Source: Camelus ferus
Lineage: Eukaryota
NCBI RefSeq assembly: GCF_009834535.1
Contig: NC_045696.1
Coordinates: forward strand, 46,254,001 to 46,318,000
Length of the DNA: 64,000 bases
Direction: 5' to 3'
Each line of letters starts with the position of its first letter. Positions within the stretch are counted from its first letter, which is position 1. A program made the position numbers and the translations under genes. This document shows, piece by piece, positions 24,131 through 35,058 of this stretch. Under the pieces are notes generated by a model. That model did not search any database and had not been told where the DNA came from. It saw only the letters and a program-made list of their open reading frames with translations.

Positions 24131-24749
24131 TGCTGTTCAAATATATTTCTGATGTAGGTCATACAATTTTCAGTTGGGAGAAATAAATATCCCTTGAAAT
24201 GAAGCAAGGAAATATCCAAATTGATTCTTAGAATTACTCACAGAATAGAATTCTCTGACTTAGACACCAAGAAATCATCTTCTCAAATATTTGTACATTT
24301 TGTTTTGTTTTGTATTTGATCAGTAAAATGAGTTCTGATACTACTGAAGCTACCAAACAATTTCTACTCTAAACCAGTGAAGAAAGCATCAATGGAGTGA
24401 CAAAAAGTATCACTGACTCCTCTTGTCAATTTACATAATTTATTTTACTGTTAGTTCATTGGATTCATTATTAACATCTATACCAAAAGTCATAAAACAA
24501 AACATTTATAAATTCTGTAGCCATTTATCCAGACATTTATCCAGAGTTTATACACTAGGTAGTTGAGAAAATTGAAGGACAAAAATGGTTCTTTTCTATT
24601 GAGGATCCTTATATTTGATTGTGAAACCATTCTTTCCCCAAGTAAAAGAGATGCTATGAATTCATAATTCTAAACTAGTGCTGTTCAAGGTGGAAATGAG
24701 AGAAAAATGTATTATTAAAAAGAGCCTTACAAGAATCAAGCAACAAGAT

Positions 24750-24923
24750 GGGAGAGGGTGTAGCTCAATGGTAGAGTATATGCTTAGCATGCACGAGATC
24801 CTGGGTTCAATCCCTAGTACCTCCATTAAAATAAAACAAACAAATAAATAAAATAAACCTAATTATCTCCCTCACCAAAAAAACAAGCAAAGTATTTTTA
24901 AAACACAAATAAACAAACAAAAA
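24750..24923 (+). mobile_element. Full-length tRNA-derived camelid SINE (vic-1-like)
   Basis: A box TAGCTCAATGG and B box GGTTCAATCC, A-rich tail; 21-bp TSD TTACAAGAAT(C/G)AAGCAACAAG at 24727-24747 and 24924-24944. Confidence 0.9.
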
Positions 24924-26328
24924 TTACAAGAATGAAGCAACAAGGGGCATCATAACTCAAAATAACATCCATTTCTTCCAGTTAAGTTTTCTTAAATAAG
25001 ACATGTCTGCTTCAGCTCCCACCTCTACCTTCCCTAGTAGTTGGTGATTAATGATTAAAATGTATATCCTTTTCATAATAATTGCATTAACATGCCCCTC
25101 ACTTTCATCCTACCTCCCAGCTATTAGAAAAAACAGAAGAATAATTATTGCGAAATGAAAATATAAAAAGAGCTTGACTCAAAACATTTCTTTGTTTATT
25201 TTGGAGAAGGAAAGGGAGAATTTGAGCATCACTGCCTTTTATAAATTACATAAAAATTGTACATAAAATCAAGTTCCTTACATCTTTTAAATCTTTGAGG
25301 TTATAACCATCCTGAGTGACTTACTGAATTGAGGTCTTGTATAACAAGTAAAGAAACTAGGTTTAAGATGATTCTGGATAACCCTGTAGTGGGGAGGGCA
25401 GCAACTGGCACCTCCCATCTCTTTGCAAATAGGAAGTAATGTTCTCTGGAGGTTTCCCTGGAAAGGCCAAGAAGTGAGCAATGTTCAGATTCAGGGTTGC
25501 AAAGGTGTCCAGGGGGTTATGATATGAATATCTGTATGTGTGGGCATGTTAGAGAGACTCCTCAGAGGCTAATGTTCAAAAACACTAGAAAACACCCACT
25601 AGAATTATTAATGACTTTTCAGTTTTATGATTGTATTTTCTTGCTTAACTCAGTAAATTAAACTGTTCTTAAGTGGACAGAATAAAAGATAGGTCCAAGT
25701 CTACATAAGGAGTATTACAGTATTATATATACAGTATTTCATGATACACGGTGCCAATTAGTGGTTTTAATGACGAGAATTAGTCTAAGGATCACAAGAA
25801 AAGGAAATGGATGGGTTGGAAAACCCTCACAGCATCTCCATGGATCCAGTTCATTTTTAATTTTCTTCTATGTCCAATCTTCCTTGAAGAACAGAGGGCC
25901 TGATTCTTACTTTTCCTTAGTTCGGTTTTCAGTGTTATTTGACAGACCTGGGTTAGCCAGCAAGAGTTCTCCACCACTGCGTGATGGTGAATTCAGCAGC
26001 GTGACCAGAGACTGGCATAGGTGGACTGGACTGGGTGACTGGCTTGGAACACTGTGTCCCTGGCCTCAGTGCTCTGGACTTCCCTCTTATCCTGTAAGTC
26101 TGCACAATGTATCTTTTAGTATATAAACTTCCAAAGAATACACAAAATTTATATTTTACTACCTCTATATAAAAGTTCTAGTACACAGCTATGTTTTTGG
26201 AGAATTTCCCTATTGCATAGTAATTAATAATGAGTAAGCTTTAATAGTGGTAAAGCTTTTTGAGAAATTGAAAAAAATAGTAAGTAATATTTGACTTAAA
26301 AAAAAAAGGGCCCTGAGATAACATCAAG

Positions 26329-26703
26329 TGTTAATGACAAAATTGTGTCCCCAAAATTCATATGTTGAGGCCCTAACTCCAATGTGATGGTATTTGGAGA
26401 TGGGGTCTTTGCAAAGCACTTAGGGTTAGATAAGGTCATGAGGGGGGACCCTCTGATGGAATTGATGCCCTTGTATAAGAAGATACCAGAGAGCTTGTTC
26501 TCTCTCCCTCCCTTCAGGCGCCTGCACAAAGAAGTCCTGTGATGTGGGCAAGCCAAGAGTAGAGGCCTCAGAATGAAACTTAGTTGCCAGCATCTTGATC
26601 TCAGACTTCCAGCCTCCAACACTGTTAGAAATTAATTTATGCTGTTTAAGCCATTCAGTCTACAGTATTTTGTTACAGCTGGCCGCCCAAGCTGACTAAG
26701 ACA
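26329..26703 (+). mobile_element. MaLR solo LTR (MLT1A-like)
   Basis: TG start, CCCCAAAATTCATATGTTGAGGCCCTAAC, CTTCCAGCCTCC, ends GACTAAGACA. Confidence 0.85.
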
Positions 26704-27596
26704 GCAAAGAACAAAACTGAGAAGTAACGTAAGTAAAATCTACAATGGGTCTGGTGGTTATAAGTGCTGTGGACAAAAATAAGGCAGGAAAGGGCAATGG
26801 GTAGAGGTTATAATTTGTTAAAGGAAGAATTCACTGAGAGGGTGACCTTTAATTAATGACCTGAAGGAGGTAAAAAGCCAGCTGTGTGCAGCATGGGGAA
26901 AGAACAGGCCAGGCAGGGGAAGACAGCAAGTGCCAAGGCTCAGATGCAGGAATGTGCCTGGTGGGGCAGATCAGGGAGGCGAGTGTGGCTGGAATGGGTG
27001 GAGGATGGGGAGAGGAGTAGGAGATGGGGTCAGAGGTAATAAGTGGGCGGTGTGGAGCAGACACATAGGACCTTGAGGCCACTGTAAGGGTCTGGCCTTT
27101 ATGTAAGTGAGATGGGAGGATTCTGACATGAGCTGTCTTATTCTTTAGAAGAAGCACTCTGTCTGCTGAGTTGAAAATAACTAGAAAGGGTAAAGGTGGA
27201 AGCAGAGAAACAGGCGCTACTGCAGTGGTCAAGGTGAGAGACAATGGTGGAAACTGATAGTGGTGGATGAAGTGAAAAGTGGGATACGTATTTGAAGGTA
27301 GAGCTAACAGCATTTGCTGTTGGGTGTGGGGTGTGAGAGAAGTTAAACAAAAAAACCAGGACTTGGGGCCAGAGCAACTGAAAGGATAGAGTTGCCATCA
27401 CCTGAATTGGGGAAGACTGTATGAGCAGATTTGGAGGCAAAATCTGGATATTTTAAGTTCAAAATACTCCTTACGTATTCAAGTTGAGATATTGGCTAGG
27501 CAACTAGATATACAAGTCTTGGGGTTGAGGGGAATTGTTTCAGTCTGAGCTAGAGGTATAAATTTAGGAGTTTATTTAAAATCCTGTAAATGAGTA

Positions 27597-27864
27597 CAAG
27601 GATGATATTCAAAACACTTAACCAGTGCGGTCATCAATCTACCCTATCAGAAGGTGCTGGAGCACGTTTCTAAAGGGTCAGGTGTTAACATTTTAGAAAC
27701 TAGATCATGGATAGGTGTGGGGATCCCAGAGTGAGGCCGGGGTGGTGCGGTGGGGAGGGCATGAGAGAGCTTGAGAGCAGCTCTGTACTAATTTGAATGG
27801 AAATACTTCCACATTTTATCAAGCAGTACAGTGTACCAGTGTGCAGCAGTTGGAAAAATAGCCC
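27597..27864. mobile_element. hAT-Blackjack MITE (MER63-like) inside L2
   Basis: Ends CAAGGATGATATTCAAAA ... GGAAAAATAGCCC resemble decayed MER63 TIRs. Confidence 0.45.
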
Positions 27865-28459
27865 CAAAGGAGCGTAGAGAAGGAAGAGAACAAGGACAAG
27901 AAGAGCAAGAAGACGTCCAAGGGTGCCCTGGGCAGGCCAATATTTAGAGGTGGGGGAGAAGAGGAAAACAGCAAAGGAAACTGTGGAGGAAGAGCCAGAA
28001 AGGTGTGGGGTCCTAAAAGAACAGTGACTCTGGTCCCATTTGAGACAGTCCAAATTGGCATCTATGTGCCAGTATGTCCAACTTTCAATATCAAAAAGGT
28101 CTTCATTCTGATGAAAAATTATGTGGTCTCCCTACAAAGAAGCCAAGTGGAGAAAGTAGTTGAAGTGGAAGGAATGATCAACTATTTAAAATGTGGCTGC
28201 TAAGTGAAGTGAGAGGAGGACTGAGAATTGGCTGCTGGATTTAGTCTCATGGAGGCCACTGGGACCTTGTCAGGAAAGCAGTTTCAGTAGTGCAGCAGGT
28301 GTGAAAACCGGAAGTCAAAGGAGAGTGGGAGGAGAGGGACTGATGACAGTCAATGCAGACAAATCTCTTAAGAAGTTTTGCTGTTAAAAAGAAGAGGCAG
28401 AAAATTGATGTGGAATGGGTGGTTAGAAGGGAAAGTGAGTCAAGACAGGGTTTAGGTGA

Positions 28460-28625
28460 TGCTGTGGACTGAACATTTGTTCTCTCCCCACCCCAGATTT
28501 GTGACGTTAAAGTATAATCCCCAATGTGAGGGTAGTAGGAGGTGGGGGCCTTTGGGAGGTGATTAAGTCATGAGGGTGGAGCACTCACGAATGGGATTAG
28601 TGCCCTTTAAGGAGACCCCAGAGAA
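28460..28625 (+). mobile_element. Partial MLT1A-like LTR
   Basis: GGGCCTTTGGGAGGTGATTAAGTCATGAGGGTGGAGCACTCACGAATGGGATTAGTGCCC. Confidence 0.75.
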
Positions 28626-30067
28626 CAAGAGCTGCATTGGGTAAGAATGAATATACTACCATTGTACATTAAAATCTTTTTGACCTAAAAGTTCAATTTA
28701 GTCTTCTGATTTTAAAGGGAATTACACATTTTCATGGGCCCCTAGAATAAGGTGGGCCCTAGGCACTGTGCCTACTGTCCCTATAGATCCTTGGCCCTGG
28801 ATGTTATTAAGGAGGTGAGAAAGGGAGGGGTTAGTGCACAATAGAGGGCTGGCCTAAGATGAAAGCCCTGGTGTTTCATCCACAGGAACAGGAAAGAAGG
28901 CAGAGAACACGGGCTACGTACAGTGCTGGGAGTTTGTGCAGGGAGCGTATTTTGATGCTTTTTCCATGACTGTTGCTTTTTCTCAATGAACTAGTAAACA
29001 TAGTTATAAGTTAAGAGTGAGGATGGTGGAGGAGGTATGGAGGTTTGAAGAGACAGAAAAAGTATGAAACAGCCACCAAGGAGTGTGGGAGTGTGAATGG
29101 ACCAGGGAAAATGTAGTAGGATTCCAGGGCAGCACTAAAAGTCCTGCTGAGGTTAGGTGAGGAATTTAAAATGAGACCAGGCAGCATGAGTTGTGTGGTT
29201 TTTCTCTAGTCACATTCAGCTGCCAAGTTGCAGGAGCTGAGTAGGAGGAGAGCTGGATTCAAGCAGGGATGGAGTTTACCAAGAATGACACAGTGAGAGG
29301 TGCCAGGGCAGTGAAGGTATGTGCAAATAAATGATTATAATAATGGACCATGGAATTTAAGCTGGATAAGGATGTTAGTGGGGATATGAAGGGACTGAGG
29401 ACACTGAATGATGGGAGACATGATTGTAGATCCTGGTAGATCAGAGAAAAATAGAGGCTATGGAGGAAGAGAGCTGGAAAAGTAGCCAATGATGGTGTGA
29501 GAATGGGGTGCTTGAAATAGAGATTATGGAAGGATGTGCAGTTATTACTAATAAAGAGGCCTACATGTAACCCATGAATGTCTGTTATGCAAAATTTGAA
29601 TAATACCTCACAATCCCATACACTTTCCAAATATAACTACTGTTAAGGATCTTTTATGTATCAAATGTATATCACATAGAACATATATACATGCAACACA
29701 CACATTGCTTCAGTGTTGGTTTTACTTGGTTTTTACGTAAATGGGATCACGCTTTATTATCCATTCCTTGTCTTTTCATTTAACAATATAGTCTGGAATT
29801 TTCAAGATTGCTTACATAGATCCTTCTCATTTTTTTAATGGCATCATTTTTTTATTTTTCAGTTAAATGAACTTCCATTTGAACTATCTATTGGACTAGA
29901 CTAGATATGCTTCATGTTTATAATGATGGATGGAATGTGAAACTAACAAAACTCAGGCTTCTGGGTTCCTCACTTTCATAGACCCTTTCCCGGACCTGGG
30001 CAGGGGTTAGCAATGTGCTCACATGGCCATAGGTTTTTATAAAATTTGCAAAAGTAAGATATTTCAA

Positions 30068-30241
30068 CAAAGCTCTACTGTATAGCACAGGGAACTATAA
30101 TTCAGTACCTTGTAATAACCTATAATGGAAAAGAATCTGAAAAAGTATATATATGTATATATATTACTGAATGCAATACATCTGAAATTGACACAACACT
30201 GTAAATCAACTATACTTCAATAAAAATTTTTTTTTAATTTA
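30068..30241 (+). mobile_element. 5'-truncated cetartiodactyl-type L1 3' end
   Basis: CTACTGTATAGCACAGGGAAC...GTAAATCAACTATACTTCAATAAAAA; 12-bp TSD AAGATATTTCAA at 30056-30067 and 30242-30253; inserted in an older hAT-like element (~29930-30480). Confidence 0.85.
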
Positions 30242-32354
30242 AAGATATTTCAAACATGATTGCTTAAGACCATAGTCTCTGTCTAAATTTCCTCCATGGC
30301 ACTTTCCCTGTTTTGGATGGTATTTGGAGAGGCTATGAACATTCAAATAAATATTCACTTCCAAATGAATTCACTTCTGAATAAACATGCATTTGCATAC
30401 TTAATCCCGAATTTTTTTCTTTAAAGCAGGCCTTTGGAACTGAAGAAGCTCTAGGCCCTACAAAGCCTGGAACTGCCCCTACAGGTTTAGCAATTCTTCC
30501 TTAACAGCCTATTTCCTCAGTGATGTCTAGATTTCTGGAGACTTCCTGCTGCCCTAAACGTGTGTTGCTGAACCGCAAAGCAGAAGTTCTCTCCCCCTCC
30601 TTCTCCCTCTCCTTCACCCTCTCCCTCTTTCCTCTCCTTTTCCCTCTCCGTCTCTGAAAGTCCATACTGAGGTGGCCAAAGGACTTTCCCTTTCTTGGAT
30701 CAAGTATTGACCCTCAAACTGACTTTAGGAAATTATGAAAATATGCAAACAATTCAGACTGTCTCAAATGCTCTAATTTAGGGTATTTCTTTCTGCCATC
30801 GTTGCCTTAATCTCTGTATCAAAGCAGATAATCATTAACTGAGAATTTTAGATATACAAGGTAATTTAGAGATACTCTAATCCCATCCTCTCATTTTATA
30901 GCTGAGGTGCAGAACAGAAGGACCTGTGACTGTTTATAATTCAGCAATGAAGGCTAATCATTTCTTAAGTCAGGCCTGGTCCTTTGTTAAGTGTGAGGTG
31001 AGAGGATCAAGCGAGTCAGGTCCCAGCTCAGAGACAGAAAACTGCTAACCACATACCCTTGTAAAATTCAAGCACATTTTCCCTTGCTAAGAGACACTAA
31101 TGACTATAATAAATTAAGGAGGGTTTCGTTAGGCAATAAACAATGATTGTTGACGACAGGGTGTAAACTTGATGTCTTAATTAATGTATTGACCAATAGC
31201 TCTTTCTAGGTTAAGAGCCCTGGTCCTAATTCAACCATAATTACTATGTTCTGTTCTTTTTAATGTACTAGGACTAAACCTTATTCAATATTCAAATAAT
31301 AGTTGCACAGACAGAGGTATTAAAAAATGCAGAGATTCAAAATAAACCAGAGTCTGGTCACACTTCCCTCTAAGAGTGATGATACTTTGACTTACTTCAC
31401 AGTATTATGAAGATTAACAAGATTATGCCTATAAGTATTCTAAGCTCTTTGGATTTAAAAACTGCAGTTGGCTGGCAGCAACATTTTCTTTATGTCTAGT
31501 CTGTGTGGTTCATTTGGTAATGGGATACGACTTTAAAGGAAGGAGACTAATCTTGGACAAGCATATCCCATCAAGACTCATGCGTCCAACTCTGCTTTGT
31601 CCTGTCATGTGGTTATCATAGGAGACTCTGTACTTACTTTGCTGAGGCTGCCATTACTTAAAACATTTTCTAAACTGCTCTTCAGGAACTACTTTGGAGC
31701 CAGCTTATGAGACAAGGGAGAAAAGCAGCCTCCTTATGGTTTAGAGAAATAAAAGTCATTAAAAACAACAACAACAATTCATTTGGCAGATAACTAGCAC
31801 CTTGCAGAGGCAAAGTTCTATATGCCTAGCAAAGAACAATTGCATAAGAAGACAAATGTCATGTTAAAACTCCAATGGAGTTGTTATAAGGTTCATTAGA
31901 AGCATTTTTAAGCACGTGTATACATGTGACATTCTTCTGGAAGATAGGAAGAGGAACTTTTTAATATGAAAAGTCAGACATCTAGCGTCCATTGATTTCA
32001 CAGGCCATATGCTGGCCAATGATTTTAGTTAAGAGTGAACATCTGAGTAAGACATAATTATTTAAGCATTTTTATGTATGTTGGTTCATTTTATCTTCAC
32101 AACAAACCTAAGATATCACAAAGACTGACAGTATTATCATCTTCATTTTATTGATGTAAAAATTCAAGCTCAAAAAGTTCAGAAATAAGCCCAAGTTATC
32201 TCAATAACCAAGTTGTTGGTTAATAAGACACAATTAACAGTGAGGCGGAGCTCAGACCCACCTCTTGTAAATTCTCACCCTAAGTTCTTTCAACATTATA
32301 GCTGACGTTTTCTAAAGTGTGCTATGAAGAATTCCGAACTCCTAAAATAGCCCT

Positions 32355-32887
32355 AAGAGTGATTTTAAAATATGTCCCCAAATTCTTTGGCATTTCTCCC
32401 TTCAAAACTTGAAGTCTAAAAAAAAAGTGTGGAACTTAATTCACCTTGTCTTGTATGTGGGGTGAATTTGGTGACTCATTGGTAGATGTGGTGGTATGTG
32501 ACTTCTCTAAGGAGGTCATAAAGGACATTACAGCTTTCTCCTTGCTCCCTTGTAGATCGTTCACTCTGGGGGAAGCCAGCTGATGGCATGAGGGTATTCA
32601 TGCAGCCCGATGAAGAGGTCCACATGGTGAGGAACTGAGGCCTCCTGCCAATAGCCATGTGAATGAGTCACCTTGGAAGCAGACCATTTTGGCCCGGCCA
32701 AGCCTCCAAATGACTGCAGCTCCAGCCAACAACTTTACTACAACCTGAGGAGAAACTCTGACCCAGAACCACACAGCAAAACCACTTCCTGATTCTTGAT
32801 TCTCAGAAACTGTAGATAATAAATGCTTGTTGCTTTAAGTCTGTAAGTCTGGGGTGATTTATTATTCATCAATGGATAATTAATACA
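32355..32887 (+). mobile_element. MaLR solo LTR (MLT1F-like)
   Basis: GTCCACATGGTGAGGAACTGAGGCCTCCTGCCAATAGCC, AATAAA signal, ends TAATACA. Confidence 0.85.
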
Positions 32888-33099
32888 GTCCTCAAAGTGT
32901 TCTATGATCAATTAAGATGCATAATGTCTCTTAGTATATAAAGGTTTTAGAAAAGTCCTTCAGCAAAGAAACCTGTTTTTACTTTTTTTCACTATGCAGT
33001 TCCAAGTCCCCTTAAACAAAATAACTTTCACATTCCACAGAACTGGTTTGGGGTACTCTGAACTGCAACAGTATAGGTTGCTAGCCATTTCAGTTAGCT

Positions 33100-33307
33100 T
33101 TATATATATATTTTTTATTGAAGTATAGTCAGTTTACAATGTTGTGTCAGTTTCTGGTGGGCAGCATAATGCTTCAGTCATACATGAACATACATATATT
33201 CATTTTCATATTCTTTTTCACCATAAGTTACTGCAAGATTTTTTATTTTGTATATACATCCTTATTGAAGTAGAGTCAGTTTACAATGTTGTGTCAATTT
33301 CTGGTAT
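33100..33307 (-). mobile_element. Young L1 3' end with duplicated terminal segment
   Basis: TTATTGAAGTA(T/G)AGTCAGTTTACAATGTTGTGTCA occurs twice (33115 and 33262); 11-bp TSD ATTTCAGTTAG at 33087-33097 and 33308-33318. Confidence 0.8.
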
Positions 33308-33429
33308 ATTTCAGTTAGTTTTAAATTTCCCAGTGAGCATTTAGAGCAAATATCAAAAACTGCTACAAATCTAGTAGATGTTTGGGCCTCTCTTGGATAT
33401 TCTACAAAGCAATGGCTTAGATTCTTAAA

Positions 33430-33770
33430 AAAATGTCAAGACATAAAAGACAAAATAGTTTGGGGAACTGTTCTAGATTGAAGGATACTAAAAAAGACAT
33501 GTCAATTAAGTGTTAACCTTGATTCTTCATTAGATTTTGGATCAGAAAAAAAATAGTTATAAAAGACATTATTGAGATAATTTGAGCAATTTAAATTTTG
33601 TATTGTATATTAGATAATAGTATTGAATTAGTGTTAAATTGTCCAATGATAGGAGTTATACAGTGGTTATGTAGGAAAATGTCCTTTCTCTTAGGTGACA
33701 CATGTTGAAATTTGTAGGGCTAAGGTGTCAAAATATCTAACTCTCAAATGATTCAGAAAAAAAGTGTGGC
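33430..33770 (+). mobile_element. Old L1 (L1ME/L1MC-like) 3'UTR fragment
   Basis: GGGAACTGTTCTAGATTGAAGGATACTAA...GTGGTTATGTAGGAAAATGTCC...CTCTCAAATGATTCAG. Confidence 0.65.
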
Positions 33771-34454
33771 AGTTCTCTGAAAGAAGACTGTCCACTTCAT
33801 GAAGTGTTACATAAAGTTTGTTTGTATCACTTACAAAGAGAGAGACTAAAGAAAGGTGGTGTCTGCATTTGTGTGTGTGTGTGTTTGTGTGCAGGGCAAG
33901 TGTGAGGAGAAAACTATCAAGGCCTCTACCTGGAAGTACAACTAAAACCTTAAGGCGTGAGATAGGATAGAAGGCCCTCATCTTGATCGCCGAGTTTCTG
34001 GGTCTCTGCTTAGAGGCAGCCCTGAAAAACTGATGAAAGAAGTGAAACGCGTATTCTTGGCTCTTCCCATGACTGAATCCTCCTCAGTTTTACAGTTATA
34101 GCATAAATGTTTCTTTCTGACCATATAATCTGAAAAGATTCTTCTCAGTCCTCCATCACAAAGCACTCAGTAAATCTCATAACACTTCTTAGCTTTTAAA
34201 TTTCAAGTGTATTTATTCTATATGTGGCTATTGCTCCTCTTGTCCTCCTAGTTGTATGTTCCCTGCGGACATGAATAATGTTCTTCCATTTACCACTCTC
34301 CTTCCAGGGCCTTATCCAAAGCCTGGCCCATTATATGTACTCACAATATTTTTTAGAGTAACTTAACGTCTTTTTCACTCTTTTCCACTGCATGATAATC
34401 CCAGGTTACCTCTCACATTCAATAGGTGCCAAGTGCCTTTATGCTACACAATGG

Positions 34455-34456
<2 letters not shown>

Positions 34457-34486
<30 letters not shown>
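34457..34486. repeat. (AC)15 microsatellite
   Basis: Direct reading. Confidence 0.95.
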
Positions 34487-34488
<2 letters not shown>

Positions 34489-34578
34489 AGCGTCATAGCC
34501 CCATATTATATCATGATGACTTATCTCCACAACCAGATTTGCCCCAGAGGTTAGCTGAGTGTCTCATCTTAATAGAAG

Positions 34579-35058
34579 TGTGCTGGCTAAGTAACATTCC
34601 CCCAAAATTCATGTCCACCCAGAACTTAGAATGCAAACTTATTTGAAAATAGGGTATTTGCGGATATGATTAATTAAGCTAAAATAAGATCATACTGGAT
34701 TCGGGTGTGGGTGTGCTCTAATCCAATGACTGGCATCCTTATAGGAAAAGCAAACAGAGGCACACAGACACAGACACAGACACAGACACAGAGGGAGGAA
34801 CGCCCTTTGAAGACGAGGGTAGAAATTGGAGTGCTGCACCTACAAGACAAGGAACACCAAGGATTCCTGACAACGACCAGCAGCTAAGAAGAGGCAAGGA
34901 AGGATTCTCCCCTAGAGCTTTCAGTGACAGTACAGCACTGCTGACACCTTGATTTCAGACTTGCAGTCTCCAGAACTGTGAGACCATAAATATCTGTTAT
35001 TCTAAGCCACCTGGTATGTAGTACATAATTTGTTATGGCAGCCTAGAAAACGAAAACA
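34579..35058 (+). mobile_element. MaLR solo LTR (MLT1B/C-like) with internal (ACACAG)n expansion
   Basis: CCCCCAAAATTCATGTCCACCC; GAGGCAAGGAAGGATTCTCCCCTAGAG; CCAGAACTGTGAGA. Confidence 0.85.

Larger units (their letters stand above)
26745..29560 (-). mobile_element. Long L2 LINE fossil, interrupted by a MER63-like element, an MLT1 piece and a hAT MITE
   Basis: Purine-rich antisense L2 motifs throughout (CAGCAAGTGCCAAGGCTCAGATGCAGGAATGTGCCTGG; GAGGACTGAGAATTGGCTGCTGGATTTAG); ORFs 26849-27313 and 29259-29630 are L2-like. Confidence 0.8.

Noticed and set aside
24750..24825. tRNA gene
   Set aside because: It has A and B boxes, but also an A-rich tail, a TSD and a related copy at 2641; this is a SINE
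26849..27440. 154-aa and 100-aa minus-strand ORFs
   Set aside because: L2-derived sequence; no splice or homology support
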